Below are positions 58,368-64,000 of a stretch of DNA of 64,000 nucleotides, piece by piece. The translations under genes were made by a program, and so were the position numbers. The notes below the pieces were generated by a model. That model searched no databases, had not been told where the DNA came from, and saw only the letters and a program-made list of their open reading frames with translations. This stretch comes from an uncultured Alphaproteobacteria bacterium (GTDB lineage: Bacteria > Pseudomonadota > Alphaproteobacteria > Micropepsales > Micropepsaceae): assembly GCA_963707975.1 (NCBI GenBank), contig OY970177.1:871484-935483 (forward strand). Reading direction: 5' to 3'. Position 1 is the first letter of the stretch. Every line of letters begins with the position of its first letter.

Positions 58368-58676
58368 ATGACCGACAATCAAAGCACTGGCGGCGGCGCC
58401 TCAGGAACGGCGCAGGCCCAATCCGCGCGGCAGCCCTTCCCCATAGAGCGGCTGCTGTTTTCCATTCTCTTCGCCATTGTCGCCTGGTTCGTGTTCTGGG
58501 TGGTGGTGCTGCTGGCGATTTTGCAGTTTATTGCCACCGCGCTCTCCGGCCATGTGAACGAAGAGCTGAAGGGCATCAGCCAGAGCGTCATCCAGTATCT
58601 GGAACAGCTCGTCGCCTATATCAGCCTGGTGCGCGACGACCGGCCATTCCCGCTGGGACCGTTCCCCAAGCATTAA
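58368..58676 (+). CDS. DUF4389 family membrane protein
   Basis: Two TM helices (LLFSILFAIVAWFVFWVVVLLAILQFI) and the C-terminal ...YLEQLVAYISLVRDDRPFPLGPFP pattern. Confidence 0.62.
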   Translation: MTDNQSTGGGASGTAQAQSARQPFPIERLLFSILFAIVAWFVFWVVVLLAILQFIATALSGHVNEELKGISQSVIQYLEQLVAYISLVRDDRPFPLGPFPKH

Positions 58677-58694
58677 GGACATGAAGTTATAACG

Positions 58695-58721
58695 GCGCCC
58701 GCGGGCATTCTCTGCGGGCGC
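58695..58721 (+). terminator. Candidate rho-independent terminator
   Basis: GCGCCCGC / GCGGGCGC 8-bp stem with an 11-nt loop, followed by TGTTCTATC, 19 nt after the DUF4389 stop. Confidence 0.5.
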
Positions 58722-58732
58722 TGTTCTATCCC

Positions 58733-59893
58733 ATGAAGCTAATTCTCACCGTCGAAGGCCACGCGGCGCTCAAGGATTTCGCGCTCGATCCCGCTATTCT
58801 GCATCTCAATAACGGTTCCTATGGCGCCACGCCCCGTACGGTGCTGGCCGAACAGGAGCTTTGGCGCGTGCGCATGGAAAAAAATCCCGTGCGTTTCCTG
58901 ACTGACGATCTACCCGGGCGCTTGCGCGCAGGCGCGGCCGAGGTGGCCGCCCGCTTCGGCGGCGACGCCGATGGCTGGGTGTTCGTCGAAAACGCGACAT
59001 CGGCGGTAAATGCAATTCTCAATTCAATCAGGTTTCGCGCGGGCGACGTTCTCGTCACCACCTCGCATGCCTATGACGCGGTACTGAAGGCGATGCGTCG
59101 TCGCACCGGGGAATGCGGCGCGGAAATCCGCATCGCAAAACTGCCGGCCGCGCCAGAAAGCCAAGACCAGACTGTGGAGGCCATCGAAAATGCGCTCTGC
59201 GAGCGCACACGGCTTCTTATTGCCGATCACATCACCTCGCCCACGGCGGTTATCTTTCCAGCCGCGGGCATTGTTGCGTCTGCGCACGCGAGAAACGTGC
59301 CGGTACTGATCGATGGCGCGCATGTGCCGGGCCAGCTCGCGCTCAATGCGGCCGCGATCGGCGCCGACTGGTACACAGGCAATGCGCACAAATGGCTGTT
59401 CGCGCCGAAGGGCTGCGGGATTTTGTGGACGGCGCCCGCGCACCGCGAAGAGACGCACCCTTGCGTGACCTCGCATGGCTGGGGCGCCGGCTATACGGCG
59501 GAATTCGACTGGACCGGCACACGCGATCCCAGCCCGTGGCTGTGCTTTGGCGTGGCGGCGAAGGCGCATGATGGCTTTGGCGGCGCGGGCCTTATGGCGC
59601 GCAACCGTGCGCTGGCGAAGGAGGCGGGCGATATTTTGTCAGGACGCCTGCACGCGACGCCCGCGGCAAATCCGGCCATGCAATGCGCGATGACGGCGTT
59701 GCTTCTTGCCCCCCACGGCACGCCGGAAGAGGCGCTTATGCTACGCCGGCGCCTGGCCCGCGAGCATGGCATCGAAGTGCCAGTATTCGTTTTCGATGGC
59801 GCGCTGTGGCTGCGCATCTCGGCGCAGATTTATAACGAGAAAGGCGATTACGAGCGCCTGGCCCAGTCGCTCGGCCAACTGCTTGATCAGTGA
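58733..59893 (+). CDS. Class V-fold PLP-dependent aminotransferase/epimerase family protein
   Basis: HLNNGSYGATP N-terminus and a PLP-lysine region YTGNAHKWLFAPKG. 386 aa (isopenicillin-N-epimerase-like subgroup). Confidence 0.78.
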   Translation: MKLILTVEGHAALKDFALDPAILHLNNGSYGATPRTVLAEQELWRVRMEKNPVRFLTDDLPGRLRAGAAEVAARFGGDADGWVFVENATSAVNAILNSIRFRAGDVLVTTSHAYDAVLKAMRRRTGECGAEIRIAKLPAAPESQDQTVEAIENALCERTRLLIADHITSPTAVIFPAAGIVASAHARNVPVLIDGAHVPGQLALNAAAIGADWYTGNAHKWLFAPKGCGILWTAPAHREETHPCVTSHGWGAGYTAEFDWTGTRDPSPWLCFGVAAKAHDGFGGAGLMARNRALAKEAGDILSGRLHATPAANPAMQCAMTALLLAPHGTPEEALMLRRRLAREHGIEVPVFVFDGALWLRISAQIYNEKGDYERLAQSLGQLLDQ

Positions 59894-60075
59894 TTGATTA
59901 GGCCGGAAAGTTCGCTGGAGGTCACGGGGCGGCCATAAAGGAAGCCCTGCGTTAAGAGTGGGTTGATGGCGCGTTTTGTTATGGCCATGATTGGGGTTGG
60001 CGCGGTATGCAAAAAGGGAATTGAAGGGACTAGCTTGGCTCGGGTGCCAGCAGGAAACACAAGCAGGGGCGATCA

Positions 60076-62127
60076 ATGAGACGGATTATTGTGACGCTGG
60101 CTGTTGTCGCGTTGGCTGCATGCGCGGGGCGCCAATACATCTTGCACGGGCAGGCCGGAAATCCCGAAATTGGAGCATGGGGCTTCGATTTATCGGGAAT
60201 GGATCGCAGCGCCAAGCCGGGCGATGATTTTTTCCGTTACGCCAACGGCAAATGGTACGATCAGGCTGTTATTCCAGCCGACCGCTCCAATATCGGTTCG
60301 TTCGCTTCGCTTATCATTCGCAGCGAAGACGAGCTGCACGGCATTCTGGAAGATTTGCAGACGCGTAAGGATCTGGATCCCGAGCAAACCAAAGTCCGCG
60401 ATCTTTATCGCAGCTACGCCAATGTCGATCGTATCGAGCAGCTGGGTATGAAACCGGCGGAAGGCGATCTGAAAGATATCGCTCATGTAAAAACGCTTCG
60501 CGATGTCACGCGCATCATGGGCTCCGTGCCTTTCGGTACACAAAGCTTGTTCGGCGCCTTTATAAATATCGACAGTAAAAACCCGAACGCATATGCGGTA
60601 TTTCTCGCGCAATCGGGCCTGGGCCTGCCTGATCGCGATTATTATCTCATTGGCGAAAAGGGATCAGTGGCCGCGCGGGAGGCCTATCACACCTATATCG
60701 AGAAAATGTTGACGCTTGCCGGCATCGCTGACGCCAGGAAAAAGTCGGACCGCATCTTCGCGCTGGAAACCGCTATCGCGAAAATTCATTGGCCGGCCGC
60801 CGACCGGCGCGATGCCGAAAAAACCTACAACGCCATGACTATTTCCGAGCTTGAGAAATTCGCGCCCGGATTTTCCTGGGCGACGTTCCTCAAGGAACTG
60901 GGCATCGGCAATCCCGCCGGCGACGGACGCACCGTCATCGTGCGCGAGAAATCGGCCTTTCCAGAACTGGCCAAGCTGTTCGCCAAGACGCCGGTGTCGA
61001 CATGGCGCGACTATCTCACTTTCCATTATTTGAGCGCCCATGCCGCCTATCTGCCTAAGCGCTTCGACGATGCCTATTTTGATTTTTACATCAAAACGCT
61101 TGCCGGCAACGAGAAACCGCTTGAGCGCTCGAAACGCGCGGCGCATTTCGTCGACGACACCATGGGAGAAGCCTTGGGAAAACTCTATGTGGCAAAATAT
61201 TTTCCCGCCTCTGCGCGTGAGAAAGCGCGCCAACTGGTGGCAAATATCATCGCCACCTATGTCGATCACATTAAAACGCGCGACTGGATGACGGATGCAA
61301 CCAAGCAGCACGCTCTCGACAAGCTTTCGCACCTGCTGATCAAGATCGGCTACCCCGACAAATGGCGCGATTATTCGGCCCTTGAGGTCAATCCGGATGA
61401 TTTGTTCGGAAACGCGAGACGCGGCCAAGTGTTCGAGTGGAATCGCCGGGTCAAGCGGCTGGACGACCCAGTGGACCGAAGCGAATGGGGCATGACGCCA
61501 CCCACCGTGAATGCCTATTACAATCCGCGCGTGAACGAAATCGTCTTCCCGGCGGCGATCCTGCAGTCGCCTTTCTTCGATGAGAACGCCGATGACGCGG
61601 TCAATTTTGGAGGCATAGGCGCGGTTATTGGCCACGAAATCAGCCATAGCTTCGACGACCAGGGCAGCAAGTTCGATGCCATGGGTGTGCTCAGCAATTG
61701 GTGGACGCCGGAGGATCGCAAAAATTTCGAGGCCAAAACCGATACGTTGGTGGCGCAATATAGCAAGTTCGTTCCCATCGAAGGCCTACATGTAAATGGC
61801 AAGCTTACGCTTGGTGAGAACATCGGCGATCTCTCCGGGCTCACCATTTCATACGCCGCCTATCACCGTGCGCTAAAGGGGAAGAAAGCGCCTATCATCG
61901 ACGGCTTCACCAGCGATCAGCGATTCTTCCTGGGCTTCGCCCAGATCTGGCGTGAAAAGGATCGCGAAGGGTATTTACGCCAGCGCGTGCTTTCGAACCC
62001 GCACAGCCCTGCGATGTTCCGCGTCGACGGCACTGTGCGCAATGTCGATGGCTGGTATGAGGCTTTCGATGTGAAAGCCGGTGACAAATACTACCTGGCG
62101 CCAGACGCGCGCGTGCATCTCTGGTAA
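60076..62127 (+). CDS. M13 family metallopeptidase (PepO/endothelin-converting-enzyme-like) lipoprotein
   Basis: Lipobox LAVVALAAC, HExxH as GHEISHSFD, downstream GENIGDLSG, and C-terminal ...YLAPDARVHLW. Confidence 0.9.
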   Translation: MRRIIVTLAVVALAACAGRQYILHGQAGNPEIGAWGFDLSGMDRSAKPGDDFFRYANGKWYDQAVIPADRSNIGSFASLIIRSEDELHGILEDLQTRKDLDPEQTKVRDLYRSYANVDRIEQLGMKPAEGDLKDIAHVKTLRDVTRIMGSVPFGTQSLFGAFINIDSKNPNAYAVFLAQSGLGLPDRDYYLIGEKGSVAAREAYHTYIEKMLTLAGIADARKKSDRIFALETAIAKIHWPAADRRDAEKTYNAMTISELEKFAPGFSWATFLKELGIGNPAGDGRTVIVREKSAFPELAKLFAKTPVSTWRDYLTFHYLSAHAAYLPKRFDDAYFDFYIKTLAGNEKPLERSKRAAHFVDDTMGEALGKLYVAKYFPASAREKARQLVANIIATYVDHIKTRDWMTDATKQHALDKLSHLLIKIGYPDKWRDYSALEVNPDDLFGNARRGQVFEWNRRVKRLDDPVDRSEWGMTPPTVNAYYNPRVNEIVFPAAILQSPFFDENADDAVNFGGIGAVIGHEISHSFDDQGSKFDAMGVLSNWWTPEDRKNFEAKTDTLVAQYSKFVPIEGLHVNGKLTLGENIGDLSGLTISYAAYHRALKGKKAPIIDGFTSDQRFFLGFAQIWREKDREGYLRQRVLSNPHSPAMFRVDGTVRNVDGWYEAFDVKAGDKYYLAPDARVHLW

Positions 62128-62133
62128 TGAAAA

Positions 62134-62769
62134 TCACAGACGAACGCGGAAACTGGCTTCGGTCTTGGCTTTGATTTCGTCAAGCGTTACGCCTGGCGCT
62201 AGCTCGATCAGGCTCATGCCGTTTTTGTCGATATCGAAGACGCCAAAATTGCTGATCACCAGGTCGACGCAGGCCGCCCCCGTCAGCGGCAGCGAGCATT
62301 TATGCAAGAGTTTGGGCTCGCCCGATTTGCTGGTGTGATCCATGATCACCACCACGCGCTTGACGCCCGCCACCAGATCCATGGCGCCGCCCATGCCCTT
62401 GACCATTTTGCCGGGGATCATCCAGTTGGCGAGATCGCCTTTCTCCGAAACTTCCATCGCGCCCAGAATTGAAAGATCGATATGGCCGCCGCGGATCATG
62501 GCGAAACTGTCGGCGGACGAGAAATAAGAGGTTCGCTTGAGCTCGGTGATGGTCTGCTTGCCGGCATTGATCAGATCGGCATCGACTTCGTGCTCGCGCG
62601 GGAAGGGCCCCATGCCGAGCATGCCGTTCTCCGATTGCAGCGTCACATCAACGTCTTCGGGAATATAATTCGCCACCAGCGTCGGAATGCCGATGCCAAG
62701 ATTGACGTAGAAGCCGTCATGCAGCTCTTTTGCCGCCCGCTTCGCCATGTCGTCGCGTGTCCAAGTCAT
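62134..62769 (-). CDS. scoB: 3-oxoacid CoA-transferase subunit B
   Basis: Active-site SENG motif ([12 protein letters not shown]). Start at Met18, just after the subunit A stop. Confidence 0.9.
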   Translation of the reverse strand: MTWTRDDMAKRAAKELHDGFYVNLGIGIPTLVANYIPEDVDVTLQSENGMLGMGPFPREHEVDADLINAGKQTITELKRTSYFSSADSFAMIRGGHIDLSILGAMEVSEKGDLANWMIPGKMVKGMGGAMDLVAGVKRVVVIMDHTSKSGEPKLLHKCSLPLTGAACVDLVISNFGVFDIDKNGMSLIELAPGVTLDEIKAKTEASFRVRL

Positions 62770-62779
62770 GTTCGCCTTT

Positions 62780-63478
62780 TTAGCTAGGCCGCGTGGTGCG
62801 CTTTTCGATGCGCTTTTCATGATCGCGCCCTTGCACGAGACGTAGCACGAATATGCCGGGTGTATGAATCTGATCGGGATCGAGCGTTCCCATCGGTACG
62901 ATCTCCTCCACTTCCGCCACGGTCACTTTGCCAGCCGTTGCCATCACGGGATTGAAATTACGCGCGGTCTTGCGATAGACAAGGTTGCCTGCCTCATCTC
63001 CTTTCCATGCTTTGATGATCGACAAATCGGCGGTCAATCCTTTTTCCAATATGTAGGTCTCGCCGTTGAAGACCTTGTGCTCTTTGCCTTCGGCGATGAG
63101 CGTGCCGACGCCGGTCTTGGTGTAGAAGCCGGGGATGCCCGCGCCGCCTGCGCGAATGCGCTCGGCCAAGGTGCCTTGCGGGTTGAATTCAAGCGCAAGA
63201 TCGCCGGAAAGATATTGTTTTTCGAAGGTCTCGTTTTCGCCAACGTAGGAGCTGATCATTTTGGCTATCTGGCGCGTCTGCAGCAGCAGACCGAGGCCAA
63301 AATCGTCCACCCCCGCATTGTTGGAAATAACGGTAATGTTCCTGACACCTGACTCTTTCAGTGCGGTGATCAGATTTTCCGGGATGCCGCACAAGCCAAA
63401 ACCGCCCGACATGATGGTCATGCCGTCGAACAGCAGGCCATCGAGGGCGGCTTTGGCGTCTTTATAGACTTTTTGCAT
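62780..63478 (-). CDS. scoA: 3-oxoacid CoA-transferase subunit A
   Basis: [34 protein letters not shown].... Start at Met31 of the ORF. Confidence 0.9.
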   Translation of the reverse strand: MQKVYKDAKAALDGLLFDGMTIMSGGFGLCGIPENLITALKESGVRNITVISNNAGVDDFGLGLLLQTRQIAKMISSYVGENETFEKQYLSGDLALEFNPQGTLAERIRAGGAGIPGFYTKTGVGTLIAEGKEHKVFNGETYILEKGLTADLSIIKAWKGDEAGNLVYRKTARNFNPVMATAGKVTVAEVEEIVPMGTLDPDQIHTPGIFVLRLVQGRDHEKRIEKRTTRPS

Positions 63479-63672
63479 GCGTAGGTGCCTCGGCTGGTGC
63501 TGATTTAGCAGCCGTAAGGGCTGGGATAAAGCAGGTGGCTTGGATATAGGCGGGGCGCCAAAGGCCATTAAGCACGGCCTGGAACGGGTGTCGCCAAAGC
63601 CGTTGGGAGAGGCTAAAAGGCGTGTCCCTAACGGCGCCCCATGCCCTCAAGGAAACGGAAACGGGATATTCG

Positions 63673-64000
63673 ATGTCGGCAAACACCAATTCGTCCGGAA
63701 AACCAATGCGGCGCCCCATGCTGTCGGGCGCAATGCCGATTGTCATTGGCGTTTTCGTGGCGCTCTTGCTGATCGGCATTGGCAGCCTCGGCACGGTTGT
63801 CATGCAGCATGTGAAGAGTGCCAGCCGGGAAGAAGTAACGGTCGTCGGGTTCAAGGATTGGCGTGTGATCTGTCCGCCACCAAGCGAGAAGAATGAGAAT
63901 TGCGTACTCAATCTGGATGTCACGCGCGACCAGGGGGGGACGCTGCTGCGCCTGTCGTTGAACAATACGGCGCCCAATTCGCCACTCTCCATCACTGTGC
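63673..64000 (+). CDS. Invasion-associated locus B (IalB) family protein, N-terminal part (3' end outside window)
   Basis: This frame is not in the ORF track because it has no stop before the window end. It reads MSANTNSSGKPMRRPMLSGAMPIVIGVFVALLLIG...GFKDWRVICPPPSEKNENCVLNLDV...LLRLSL, the typical W-x-x-x-C...C IalB pattern. Confidence 0.6.
   Translation, partial: MSANTNSSGKPMRRPMLSGAMPIVIGVFVALLLIGIGSLGTVVMQHVKSASREEVTVVGFKDWRVICPPPSEKNENCVLNLDVTRDQGGTLLRLSLNNTAPNSPLSITV

Overview
This is a GC-rich chromosomal segment with alphaproteobacterial gene content and synteny. The likely order is Hyphomicrobiales/Rhizobiales or Caulobacterales-like, which is inference only. I found no rRNA, tRNA, CRISPR array, transposase or phage genes.

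Most of the window is densely packed housekeeping genes. In order they are:
- rph-rdgB-hemW
- an lpoA-like/rsmI/yraN/BON-lipoprotein block
- gshB
- a Pho-box-controlled porin plus pstSCAB
- a hybrid sensor kinase, ampG, an olsB-like acyltransferase, xerC and a transaldolase-type aldolase
- priA, a PCuAC copper chaperone, htpX and rsmB
- ferredoxin-NADP reductase plus ferredoxin
- coq7, dsbB and a PBP1A-type penicillin-binding protein
- leuS-lptE-holA
- an M13 peptidase and CoA-transferase subunits A and B

Four things stand out.
1. A 2.9-kb four-gene phospholipid cassette (CDP-alcohol phosphatidyltransferase, CdsA-like, PlsC-like, YqaA/VTT-like) sits between a diverged ~111-bp direct duplication of the 3' end of a threonine-dehydratase gene. 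No mobility gene is present.
2. A secreted protein carries seven tandem 18-nt units encoding an ININKN-type hexapeptide array.
3. An Hfa/curli-like surface-anchor operon (HfaA-like, CsgG/HfaB-like, HfaD-like) has a 22-bp tandem repeat in its leader. This operon and the ININKN-repeat gene each sit divergently next to a rhomboid protease gene.
4. Disrupted genes are unusually dense: in-frame TAA stops in yraN and a thermonuclease gene, and 1-nt frameshifts in the ferredoxin-NADP reductase and the CsgG/HfaB-like gene.

All product calls come from motif and family recognition by eye. No searches were run.
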